The position numbers were made by a program, and so were the translations under genes. 64,000 nt of DNA from an uncultured bacterium (GTDB lineage Bacteria > Krumholzibacteriota > Krumholzibacteriia > Krumholzibacteriales > Krumholzibacteriaceae). A model generated the notes under the pieces. It was not told the origin of the DNA and searched no databases. It saw nothing but the letters and a program-made list of their open reading frames with translations. Below, one piece after another: positions 30,924-39,954 of this stretch. The stretch covers positions 64,001 through 128,000 of the forward strand of contig CBDUYR010000001.1 of the NCBI GenBank assembly GCA_965371515.1, read 5' to 3'. Position 1 is the stretch's first letter; every line of letters starts with the position of its first letter.

Positions 30924-32435
30924 ATGAGAGAAATGCGAAATATCACAATGATGACGATGATTGTCCTGTTGCTGCTGGCGCCGGAAGCAGCAGGGCAAGT
31001 CGCAAGGGGGGAAGGTGATTTCGAGTTTTTCCTCGACATTTCCGCCATTCCCCTGGAGAACGGCAGGACCCTCGGGCTCTTCCATATCGCCGTTCCCATC
31101 AAGGAGATACATTACAAGGAAAAGGACGGATCGTTCGAGGCTGCGGTAAAAGTGGCCATCGTGCTGATGTGCGGCGATGAGAAGATCCACGAGAAGGGCC
31201 TTGTGATCAGGGATCAACGCGACACGAAGCCCCTGGTCAATGATCTTTCAGGATTCATCTACATGTCAGATTCCAGTTCCGTCGATCCGGGAAGCTACAC
31301 GATCAATGTCCGGATCGAGGATCTCAAGCGCAGGAAAAAGACCCTTATGGGCCTGGTCAATCGCAAACATTACTATTCGGAGATCAAGGACCTGGAGATA
31401 GAGATCGCCGGGTTTTCCCCGGACCGCGTGGCCCTCAGCGATCCGATGCTGATCTGGAGCCGCGAGAGCGGCGGGCGATACGTTCCTAATCCGATGCAGA
31501 TCTACGGGCTGAAGAACGATACCCTTTCGTTTTTCGCCAGCGGCCTTATGCCGGACGTGGATGTCCCCGATTCGGTCGAAGTCCACCTGTCCGTCCTCGA
31601 CTCGAAGGGAGAGACGATAGGCTCGAAGAGCGGTCTCATTTCGGTAAGGAACGGCAAGATACTGATCTTCGGATCGTTCGACGTCAACACATGGCCGGCG
31701 GGCAATTACATGGCAAGGGTGGAGGTGCTCCACGGCGGTGCGCTGAGAGCCACGTCGGCGAAGGAGTTCAGCGTCGCGTGGCAGCTGCTCAACTGGCAGA
31801 AGCCACGGAGGGATGTCCTGGTAGAGGCGAAGCTCCTCTTCAGGGATTCCGAATTCAACGAATTCCGCAGGATGAGTATCGGCGAACAGGAACGGGTACT
31901 GACCGCCTACTGGAAGAAGCTCGACCCGACGCCGCATACGGCGGTCAATGAACTGTATGAAATATTCCAGAACCGCGTAAGGTACGCCGACGCGAATTTT
32001 GCCGGCGGCGGTACGAGGGGCGCACTTTCAATCCGGGGGCTGCTCTATACAAAACTGGGTCCGCCGGACGAGATCATCTCGGAGAGTGTTCCCTTCAACA
32101 GGATAGATCTGAACGAGACGCTCGACAAGCTCGAGGACAAGTACAGCGTGATCATTCACAGCACCTACAAGGGTCCCGGCACCGATTACGCGATGATGAA
32201 GGAAGCAACGGATAATATTCAGAGGCCCTACAGGGGCGGCGGGATGGACACAGGCGGGTACGAACTCTGGATGTACATGATGCGGGGCGATCCGCTACTC
32301 GAGAGGGACAGGATAATGATGGGTGAGACCGGTATGAGGTATCTGTTCGTCGACAAGGACGGCATCGGAAACTACGTACTGGTAGGCACTTCCGAGGAAA
32401 TTGAGGGCTTTGGCGCGACGACCCGTGTGGAATGA
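30924..32435 (+). CDS. GWxTD domain-containing protein with degenerate signature
   Basis: Signal peptide; Ig-like N-terminal part; YWKKLDPTPHTAVNELYEIFQNRVRYADANF...RGLLYTKLGPPDEI...YELWMY...YLFVDKDGIGNY. The signature position reads GALSI. Confidence 0.82.
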   Translation: MREMRNITMMTMIVLLLLAPEAAGQVARGEGDFEFFLDISAIPLENGRTLGLFHIAVPIKEIHYKEKDGSFEAAVKVAIVLMCGDEKIHEKGLVIRDQRDTKPLVNDLSGFIYMSDSSSVDPGSYTINVRIEDLKRRKKTLMGLVNRKHYYSEIKDLEIEIAGFSPDRVALSDPMLIWSRESGGRYVPNPMQIYGLKNDTLSFFASGLMPDVDVPDSVEVHLSVLDSKGETIGSKSGLISVRNGKILIFGSFDVNTWPAGNYMARVEVLHGGALRATSAKEFSVAWQLLNWQKPRRDVLVEAKLLFRDSEFNEFRRMSIGEQERVLTAYWKKLDPTPHTAVNELYEIFQNRVRYADANFAGGGTRGALSIRGLLYTKLGPPDEIISESVPFNRIDLNETLDKLEDKYSVIIHSTYKGPGTDYAMMKEATDNIQRPYRGGGMDTGGYELWMYMMRGDPLLERDRIMMGETGMRYLFVDKDGIGNYVLVGTSEEIEGFGATTRVE

Positions 32436-32476
32436 CGTGGATAAAGAGCGCTGAAACAGGCCCCTTGAATTTTTCG

Positions 32477-32505
32477 TTGACAAGGGGGTTTCGATAAAGT
32501 ATTTT
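32477..32505 (+). promoter_or_regulatory. Sigma70-like promoter upstream of exbB
   Basis: TTGACA (32477-82), 17 bp, TATTTT (32500-05). Confidence 0.5.
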
Positions 32506-32665
32506 ACAGCAGTTAAGAGGCTGATACGGGCTGATTTGCGTGTTTTCCGGACAATTCTTCCAGCCCAGTCGCGGAGAAAAAGCCTCTCGACTATTTCAAC
32601 GGAAAATCCGTAACTGAACGAAAGTACACGATAGGTACTGTTTTTCCCCAAAAGGAGCGCGGCGC

Positions 32666-33580
32666 ATGGTAAAGGCAAACTCTTCGGTCAGGTCGATTCT
32701 TCTCATATCGGTTCTCCTCGTTGCATTTGCTTCTGTCGCCGTTGTGGCTCAGGAAGCCGAGGAAGTCGAGGAAGTCCAGGAAGCCCAGGAAGTTCAGGAA
32801 GTTCAGGAAGCCGAGGAAATTATTGAGCCTGAATTTACCGTCCAGGCCGAGACCGATTCACTGGTCACCGCAAAGAACGACTCGATGGTGGTCGCAAAGG
32901 CTGTTGAAGATATGGCAGAGAGGAAGAAGCTCGGAGCCGTTCTTTACAACCTCAAGCACAGCGGTATCGGCGAGAAGTATGTCGATGGTGGTAACTTCAT
33001 GCACGCCCTCCTTATCGCGTCAATAATCGGCTTTGTCTTTATCATCGAGAGGTTCGTCACTCTGTCGCGTGCCCGCGTCAACGTCAGAAGGCTGATGTCC
33101 GAGGTGCTTTCGGCGATACGTTCGGAGGGTATAAGCGGAGCGATGGGCGTTTGCGAGAGGACGAGGGGGCCGATCGCAGCAGTGCTCCACTCCGGCCTGC
33201 TCCGGGCAGGCCGAGGTCCCGACGCGGTGAAAGAAGCTATTGAGACGGCGGGCAGTATCGAGACTTCGTTCCTCGAGAGGGGACTGGTCGCGATCGCTAC
33301 CGTCGCGCAGGTCGCTCCGCTCCTCGGATTCCTCGGAACGGTATCCGGAATGATCAGCGCGTTCGCCGCTATCGCGGCGGCCGAGCAGGTCAGCGCGAAG
33401 GTGGTGGCCTCCGGTATCGAGGAGGCGCTCATCACCACGGCGACCGGTCTTATTATCGCCATTCCGGCGAGTATCGGCCATTCGTTCTTTGTCTCACAGA
33501 TCGACAGATTCGTTCTCGAGATGGAGGAGGCCTCGGCCGAGCTCGTCAACGAGCTCATCGAGATGGGTATGGGCCAGTAA
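32666..33580 (+). CDS. exbB: ExbB/TolQ/MotA-family proton channel with signal peptide and acidic N-terminal extension
   Basis: GGNFMHALL, IIERF, LERGL, APLLGFLGTVSGMISAF, GIEEALITTATGL. Confidence 0.9.
   Translation: MVKANSSVRSILLISVLLVAFASVAVVAQEAEEVEEVQEAQEVQEVQEAEEIIEPEFTVQAETDSLVTAKNDSMVVAKAVEDMAERKKLGAVLYNLKHSGIGEKYVDGGNFMHALLIASIIGFVFIIERFVTLSRARVNVRRLMSEVLSAIRSEGISGAMGVCERTRGPIAAVLHSGLLRAGRGPDAVKEAIETAGSIETSFLERGLVAIATVAQVAPLLGFLGTVSGMISAFAAIAAAEQVSAKVVASGIEEALITTATGLIIAIPASIGHSFFVSQIDRFVLEMEEASAELVNELIEMGMGQ
32750..32821 (+). repeat. In-frame 9-bp tandem repeat, 8 units (consensus SAGGAAGYY), encoding QEA/EEV/QEV
   Basis: caggaagcc gaggaagtc gaggaagtc caggaagcc caggaagtt caggaagtt caggaagcc gaggaaatt. 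Confidence 0.9.
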
Positions 33581-33600
33581 CCCGTCCGGAGTAGCAGAAT

Positions 33601-34008
33601 ATGATTAAGAAGAGAAGCAAGGTTACTTCCGAATTCAGCACCGCCTCGATGTCGGACATCAACTTTCTTCTGCTCATCTTTTTCCTGGTGAGCACGATGT
33701 TCGCGGTCGAGAAGGGACTGCCGATGGCTCTTCCGGGTCAGCAGTCAAAGTCGGTAAAACTGAAGAGGGACAACGTTCTCACGATCCAGGCGTTTGCCAA
33801 CGGGTCGATCGTCATCAAGGGTACGGGACCGGTGAGCGTCCATGATCTCAAGCAGATCGTGGAGAACAAGCTCATTGCCAACCCCAAGCTGGTCGTCGTC
33901 ATAGAGACGCATCCCAGCGCCGAATACGCCGTGATGATCGATATCCTCGACGAGTTGAGGCTTGCCAACGCCTCGAGGATATCGTTGAGGACGATGAAGA
34001 GCGGTTAA
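33601..34008 (+). CDS. exbD: ExbD/TolR family protein
   Basis: ASMSDINFLLLIFFLVST TM segment with conserved Asp; YAVMIDILDEL. Confidence 0.9.
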   Translation: MIKKRSKVTSEFSTASMSDINFLLLIFFLVSTMFAVEKGLPMALPGQQSKSVKLKRDNVLTIQAFANGSIVIKGTGPVSVHDLKQIVENKLIANPKLVVVIETHPSAEYAVMIDILDELRLANASRISLRTMKSG

Positions 34009-34023
34009 CAGAGGAGAGACGCC

Positions 34024-34431
34024 TTGAAAATTACAAAGAAACAGGGTGTTCAGAATTCGATCCCGACAGGGTCGATGGCCGATATCATCTTCCTCCTGTT
34101 GATCTTCTTCATGGTTACGACGATCTTCAAGATGGAAGAGGGACTTCCGATTTCCCTGCCGCGGGCCGAAACGGGCGCGGAACTCGATCGGGAAAAGCTC
34201 ATGAATATCTGGGCCGACCGGTTCAGCAGGGTCAGCATCAACGACAAGCTGATACAGGTCGAGCAGATCGATGCCGTGGTATCGAAACGGTTCGAGGAGA
34301 ACAGGAGCCTCATCGTTGCCTTCAACATCGACAGGCGGACGAAATACGACCTGGTCTCCCGCATAATGGAGCAACTGAAGGAAGCAAACGCCGTAAACGT
34401 GACATTCGTCTCTATCAGCGAAGAAGATTAG
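34024..34431 (+). CDS. exbD: ExbD/TolR family protein (second paralogue)
   Basis: GSMADIIFLLLIFFMVTT; ISLPRA; YDLVSRIMEQL. TTG start after GAGGAG. Confidence 0.9.
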   Translation: MKITKKQGVQNSIPTGSMADIIFLLLIFFMVTTIFKMEEGLPISLPRAETGAELDREKLMNIWADRFSRVSINDKLIQVEQIDAVVSKRFEENRSLIVAFNIDRRTKYDLVSRIMEQLKEANAVNVTFVSISEED

Positions 34432-34453
34432 ATAATCGGAAAAGGGGGCCTTC

Positions 34454-35086
34454 GTGGCCGTTGTCGCTGTTGAAAACCAGAAATTCAAGGCGGGATACAA
34501 CAAGTATCTGCGGAACTCGCTCTACGCGACGCTTGTTCTGCATTTTGTCGGCATTTACTTTTCGCCCCCCTTCGAATTCAAGCCTTATGTGTTGAAGGAA
34601 CAGGAATTCATCGTGATCGATACGGCCGATGACTTCGAGCTTCCACCTCCTCCAAAGGAGATCGATCAGCCCGTGGTCCCGATCGCTGCCGAAGAGGGTG
34701 AAGAAGTAGACGAGGATACCGAGATCGCCCCGACGAGTTTCGATCGCATCGAGAACCTTCCGCCTCCTCCTCCGCCCCCGTCCGAGTCGTCTTCGGAGTT
34801 CTACGCGTTCGACGAACCTCCCATGCTGATCAAGTACACCTCGCCGACATATCCTGCCCTGGCGAGACAGGCCGGCATCGAGGGTACAGTACTGCTGCGG
34901 GTAATAGTCGGAACGGACGGCAAGGTGGAGAGCGCCTCGGTCATCCAGTCCGATGTGACGCCGGCGATGGAGAAAGCGGCAATCGCAGCGGCAAGAAAGT
35001 TCATCTTCAAGCCCGCGAAGCAGAGGACGGTCCCGGTGAGGGCAAGCATGGCTGTTCCGATCAGATTCAAGCTGCACGGTAGTTGA
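34454..35086 (+). CDS. tonB: Energy transducer TonB
   Basis: TM segment with His (ATLVLHF), Pro-rich linker, C-terminal YPALARQAGIEGTVLLRVIVGTDGKV...FKPA. Confidence 0.92.
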   Translation: MAVVAVENQKFKAGYNKYLRNSLYATLVLHFVGIYFSPPFEFKPYVLKEQEFIVIDTADDFELPPPPKEIDQPVVPIAAEEGEEVDEDTEIAPTSFDRIENLPPPPPPPSESSSEFYAFDEPPMLIKYTSPTYPALARQAGIEGTVLLRVIVGTDGKVESASVIQSDVTPAMEKAAIAAARKFIFKPAKQRTVPVRASMAVPIRFKLHGS

Positions 35087-35110
35087 TACCTTGCGAATAA
35101 AGATATTACG

Positions 35111-35141
35111 AGGCCCGGAATATTAACCGGGCCTTTTTTTT
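35111..35141 (+). terminator. Rho-independent terminator after tonB
   Basis: AGGCCCGG-aatattaa-CCGGGCCT followed by a T run. Confidence 0.88.
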
Positions 35142-35307
35142 GCCCTTTCGGGGGAGTGGGGAAGGCCTCCAGGCCTCATGCCAAGGATATGTTGACATGC
35201 TGTAGCTCTTGATTGAAACTTAAGGACCGAATATTCGTATCATTTAAGTGTATCATTATACAGAGTCACCGGTTTCACAGTCCGTAACGCAAGGAAAGGC
35301 TTCTACG

Positions 35308-36678
35308 ATGTTTCGAGCAAAGAGAGGAATTTCGCTCTCCGTAATAGCGGTGAGTGCGGCGATCATGGTCTCGACGGCGGTATCCGCAGGGTTTTCCGCG
35401 GAGAGGATATTGTCGCTGAGGGAGTGTATCGATATCGCGCTCGTGAGGAATCCCGACATGGGGATGGCTCGGCAGTCGCTCAAGAAATCGGAGAGCAACG
35501 TGCTATACGGTTACGGGAACCTTCTTCCCAATCTGCAGCTCGATTTCTACGCCGGCCACCGGTATTACGGCCCGTCTTCCGTACTGATCGACGATTCGGG
35601 CCGCCCGGTGCAGCAGCAGGGATTCGATTTCGAGGACTACACATTCCGTATCGGCTCCGACATTGTCTTCTGGGACGGCGGTGCCAACTACGCGAGGCTC
35701 AGGCAGGCGAAACGGAACCGCGAGGGAGCGAAGGAAGAGCTTCAGTACAACTACGACATGATCACGGCCACCGTCATCCGGGCTTACTACAACGTCGTCA
35801 GATTCAAGAGGCTGACCGTCGTCGCCGAGGAGAGTGTCGACCAGGCGAGCCAGAGTCTCGACAGGACCGAGGCGCTGCTCGAGGTCGGCTCCGGCACGCG
35901 GGCCGACGTCCTGAAGGCAAAGGTGCGTCACTCGAACACGAAGCTCGACATGATCAGGGCGAAGAACCAGGTGGAGCTCGCCCGTGAGGACCTGATAGCG
36001 GTCCTCAACCTCGACGATTACTCCGATCTGGGTGTCGACACTGTGCTTGTGATGAAAATGACCAATCCTGATCCTTCCAGCGAGATCGACTTCGCGATAC
36101 AGAACAGATCTGATCTCAGGGGGCTCAGGGCCTACCTGGATGGGGCCGATGCCGGCGTAAGGGTTGCCAAGAGTGGATGGCTGCCGATATTCGGCGCGAA
36201 CTTCGGATATTTCTGGAACGACCGGAGCATGGCCGAGAATCTCAATTTCTTCAGGGATGAGTATTCCTGGAACATCACCGCCTACATGCGGATCAACGTC
36301 TTCGACAGGTTCTTTACAAGTGCCAACGTCAAGACGGCAAAGGCGGATTACAGGATATCCGAGTACCAGCTCGAGAAGAGCAAGATCAACGCCGTCAGGG
36401 AGATCAAGAGTCTCATCATCGTTATCAACGAGGCGATCGAGCGGGTTGCGGTCGCCACCGAGACAGTCGAGCAGGCGAAGGAAGATGTGCGGCTCGCAGA
36501 GGAGAGGCACAGGGTGGGCGCCGGGACGATGCTCGACACGATCGCGGCCCAGGTGGCCCTTACCGAGGCCAAGGCTGTCGTGATCGATGCGAAGTGCGAT
36601 TACCTCGTTGCTGTTGCCGACCTCGACAGGGCGACCGGCAGGGAATCGAGGCTCAGGGCCGGGCTGGGGAGGGAGTGA
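35308..36678 (+). CDS. TolC-family outer-membrane efflux protein
   Basis: Signal peptide; [50 protein letters not shown]. Confidence 0.9.
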   Translation: MFRAKRGISLSVIAVSAAIMVSTAVSAGFSAERILSLRECIDIALVRNPDMGMARQSLKKSESNVLYGYGNLLPNLQLDFYAGHRYYGPSSVLIDDSGRPVQQQGFDFEDYTFRIGSDIVFWDGGANYARLRQAKRNREGAKEELQYNYDMITATVIRAYYNVVRFKRLTVVAEESVDQASQSLDRTEALLEVGSGTRADVLKAKVRHSNTKLDMIRAKNQVELAREDLIAVLNLDDYSDLGVDTVLVMKMTNPDPSSEIDFAIQNRSDLRGLRAYLDGADAGVRVAKSGWLPIFGANFGYFWNDRSMAENLNFFRDEYSWNITAYMRINVFDRFFTSANVKTAKADYRISEYQLEKSKINAVREIKSLIIVINEAIERVAVATETVEQAKEDVRLAEERHRVGAGTMLDTIAAQVALTEAKAVVIDAKCDYLVAVADLDRATGRESRLRAGLGRE

Positions 36679-36679
36679 G

Positions 36680-37360
36680 ATGCTGATAAAGATCAGCGGG
36701 GTCAAGAAGATATACGAGGTCGGGATACAGAAGATAGAGGCGGTCGCGGGGATCGATCTCGAGATCGATAGGAACGAATACGTCGCGATCATGGGTCCTT
36801 CGGGCTCGGGCAAGTCGACCTTGATGAACCTGCTCGGATGCCTCGATACACCGTCGGCGGGCGACTACTGGCTCAACGGCAAGGAGGTCAGTAACCTCAG
36901 CGACGACGAGCTGGCCAGGATCAGAAACAGGGAGATAGGATTCGTCTTCCAGACGTTCAACCTGCTTCCCAGGGCGACGGCGGCGCAGAACGTCGAGCTG
37001 CCCCTGATATACGCCGGCATCCCGGCCGACGAGCGCCGCAGAAGGGCTGCGGAGGTACTCGAATCGGTCGGCCTCACAGACAGGGCGAAGCACAGGCCGA
37101 ACGAGCTGTCCGGGGGACAGCGCCAGCGGGTGGCCATCGCCAGGGCGATGGTCAACAGGCCGTCGATCATACTCGCCGATGAGCCGACAGGAAACCTCGA
37201 CAGCAAGACGGGCATCGAGATAATGTCGGTATTTGACAAGATCCACCAGGCCGGCAACACTATAGTGATGGTGACTCACGAGGAGCATATCGCCGATTAC
37301 GCCAGGCGCGAGATAAAACTCCTCGACGGAAAGATAGAATCGGACGTCAGGACGGGCTGA
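36680..37360 (+). CDS. MacB/LolD-family ABC transporter ATP-binding protein
   Basis: [46 protein letters not shown]. Confidence 0.95.
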   Translation: MLIKISGVKKIYEVGIQKIEAVAGIDLEIDRNEYVAIMGPSGSGKSTLMNLLGCLDTPSAGDYWLNGKEVSNLSDDELARIRNREIGFVFQTFNLLPRATAAQNVELPLIYAGIPADERRRRAAEVLESVGLTDRAKHRPNELSGGQRQRVAIARAMVNRPSIILADEPTGNLDSKTGIEIMSVFDKIHQAGNTIVMVTHEEHIADYARREIKLLDGKIESDVRTG

Positions 37361-37462
37361 CGGCCCCTCCTGAGGGGCGGTAATGCCCACGCAGAAAGCC
37401 CCGGTCCGCTCTGATCGCGGGGTCTTTCGAAAACGCAAGCGGTAGAAAAACCAGGAGGAGAG

Positions 37463-38716
37463 ATGACCAGGAAGCACTGGATAGCCATCGGTGTCGTCGT
37501 TGTGGTGGTCGTGCTCGTACTGATCAACCTCAAGGCCAAGGGCGGCAAGGCGCTCGCGGTCCAGGTGGAGGAAGTGGGCCGTAAGGACCTCGAGATGATC
37601 ATATCCGCCTCGGGAAGCATCAAGCCGAAGCGGCAGATCGACATCAGTGCCTCGAACATCGGCAAGGTCACCAGGGTCGCCGTGAAAGAGGGGGATTACG
37701 TCGAGCAGGGACAGTTCCTCATCCAGATCGATCCGATACAGCTCGAGACCACAGTGGACCGGCTGGAGGCAGCTGTGGCAGCCGCGAAGGCCGGCGAGCG
37801 CCAGGCGAAGTACCAGCTGGAGCTGTACGAAAGCGACTTCCATAGGGCGGAGAGGCTGTTTGCTGATGGATACCTGACCGACAAGGAGGTAAACGACGCC
37901 AGGACTGCCCGGGATGTCGGCAGATCCAACCTCGAATCGGCACGGCAGCTCGTCAGGCAGCAGAAGGCGCAGCTCTCGAGCGCCAGGCACAACCTCCAGG
38001 AGGTGACGATAGAGGCCGAGATGGCCGGCATCGTCACGCGCCTCAACGTGGAGGAGGGCGAGATCGCCATCATGGGAACGCTGAACAATCCAGGGACAGT
38101 GCTGATGACGATAGCAGACCTATCCACCATCGAGGCGGAGGTCGAGGTCGACGAGACCGAGGTGGTCAGCATCGAGATGGGACAGTCCGCCAAGGTCACC
38201 CTGGACGCCTTTCCCGACACATCGTATTCAGGTATCGTGACGGAGGTCGGTAACAGCCCGATACTTTCTTCCTCGGTATCGGGTCAGCAGGGCGTAGATT
38301 TCAAGGTAGTCATCACCGTGACAGATACTATCCCCAACGTCAGGCCGGGCCTTTCGGCCGATTCGGAGATAATCGCCGCCAGGGCCGAGAACGGACTCGC
38401 CATCCCGATACAGAGTCTCACCGTCAGGCAGGAAAAGGACTTGAAGGGATTTGCTGCGAAAGCCGACTCGGCTGCAGCCGACTCTACGGCAGCGAAGAAG
38501 GACGAGGGAAGCAGCGAGGTCGAAGGTGTGTTCGTCGTTGTCGACGGCAGGGCCGAGTTCAGGCAGATAAAGATCGGTATCGCCGGGCAGACCCATTTCG
38601 AGGTCATCTCAGGGCTCGAGGAAGGCGACAAGGTCGTCAGCGGCAACTTCAAGGCGATAAGAGACCTCAGGGACGGGCAGAGGGTCAAGATCACAAAGAA
38701 GGCCGAAAAGAAGTAA
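37463..38716 (+). CDS. MacA-like periplasmic adaptor (membrane fusion protein)
   Basis: N-terminal TM, ASGSIKP, VKEGDYVEQGQFL lipoyl-like half, coiled coil, EVISGLEEGDKVV. Confidence 0.92.
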   Translation: MTRKHWIAIGVVVVVVVLVLINLKAKGGKALAVQVEEVGRKDLEMIISASGSIKPKRQIDISASNIGKVTRVAVKEGDYVEQGQFLIQIDPIQLETTVDRLEAAVAAAKAGERQAKYQLELYESDFHRAERLFADGYLTDKEVNDARTARDVGRSNLESARQLVRQQKAQLSSARHNLQEVTIEAEMAGIVTRLNVEEGEIAIMGTLNNPGTVLMTIADLSTIEAEVEVDETEVVSIEMGQSAKVTLDAFPDTSYSGIVTEVGNSPILSSSVSGQQGVDFKVVITVTDTIPNVRPGLSADSEIIAARAENGLAIPIQSLTVRQEKDLKGFAAKADSAAADSTAAKKDEGSSEVEGVFVVVDGRAEFRQIKIGIAGQTHFEVISGLEEGDKVVSGNFKAIRDLRDGQRVKITKKAEKK

Positions 38717-38723
38717 CGGGACC

Positions 38724-39953
38724 ATGCAGATTTTTCAGGGGATGAATATCGCCCTCAAGGCGCTCCGTGAGAACAAGCTCCGGACCCTTCTCACGCTTCT
38801 CGGCAACATTGTAGGGACGATGTCGGTCATCGCCGTCGTGTCTCTCATCGGCGGGATAGACGATTACGTCAAGGAAGAGGTAGCCGGGGCGGGAAGCAAC
38901 GTATTCACTATCGAGCGATTCAATTTCTTCGAGGCGATCACCGACCTCGACGCTTTCCTCGAAGCGATCGCGCGTAACCCGAGGATCAAGCTGAGCGATG
39001 TCGATTATATGCGCGGCAGGATACCATCCGCCTCGTATGTATCCGCGGCGGCGAGCAGCAATGCCCAGGTAAGCTATCGTGATGAATGGGTCGACCGGAT
39101 ATCGATCAGGGGGAGGTCCGAGGAATATTCCATGATCGAGGATGCCCCTCTCTTCCTGGGCAGGCACATCTCGCGCCTCGAGGTCCAGAAGTCGGCGAAC
39201 GTGACTGTTCTCGGCTGGGAGGTCTTCACGAGGCTCTTTCCCCGGGGCGATCCGCTCGGCGCGCGGATCAAGATAGGAAGAAAACATTTCACGGTGATCG
39301 GCGTGGTCGAGGATCTCGGCACAGTTCTCGGAGAATCAAAGAACAGGTTCGTATATATCCCCATCAACACATTCCTCAAGACATATGGCTCGAGGACGTC
39401 GATAGAGATCAAGGTCAAGGCCGCGGACATAATGCTTCTCGATCAGGCTGTCGACGAGGCGACGATGGCGATGAGGATAAGACACAGGCTGAGGCCGATG
39501 GAGGACGACGATTTCGCCATCGTGACCTCGGAGAGTCTCATCTCCCTGTGGGAGAAGATTTCGACGTCGATATTCAACGCGCTGATATTCATCGTATCGA
39601 TAGCGCTCGTGGTCGGCGGTGTTGTCCTGATGAACGTGATGCTCGTGTCGGTCACCGAGCGGACGAAGGAAATCGGTCTGAGAAAGGCCCTCGGCGCGAG
39701 GAAATCGAACATAATCTGGCAGTTCATCGTAGAGTCGGTCACCCTGTCGCTTATCGGCGGCATCATCGGGATACTGACGGGCTTTACAATAGCGGCGATC
39801 ATATCGATCGTCTCTCCGCTTCCGTATGTAGTGGCACCCTGGTCGATAGCGGCGGGGCTGATAGTTACTTTCGTCATCGGGATCGTCTTCGGGACATACC
39901 CGGCAAGCAAGGCGGCGAACCTCGACCCGGTAGTCGCCCTGCATTCCGAATAG
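38724..39953 (+). CDS. MacB/FtsX-family ABC permease
   Basis: NKLRTLLTLLG, VGGVVLMNVMLVSVTERTKEIGLRKALGA, YPASKAANLDPVVAL. Confidence 0.93.
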   Translation: MQIFQGMNIALKALRENKLRTLLTLLGNIVGTMSVIAVVSLIGGIDDYVKEEVAGAGSNVFTIERFNFFEAITDLDAFLEAIARNPRIKLSDVDYMRGRIPSASYVSAAASSNAQVSYRDEWVDRISIRGRSEEYSMIEDAPLFLGRHISRLEVQKSANVTVLGWEVFTRLFPRGDPLGARIKIGRKHFTVIGVVEDLGTVLGESKNRFVYIPINTFLKTYGSRTSIEIKVKAADIMLLDQAVDEATMAMRIRHRLRPMEDDDFAIVTSESLISLWEKISTSIFNALIFIVSIALVVGGVVLMNVMLVSVTERTKEIGLRKALGARKSNIIWQFIVESVTLSLIGGIIGILTGFTIAAIISIVSPLPYVVAPWSIAAGLIVTFVIGIVFGTYPASKAANLDPVVALHSE

Positions 39954-39954
39954 G

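Noticed and set aside
32750..32821. Tandem repeat as a CRISPR-like array
   Set aside because: The 9-bp units have no spacers and lie in frame within exbB, so this is a coding microsatellite.
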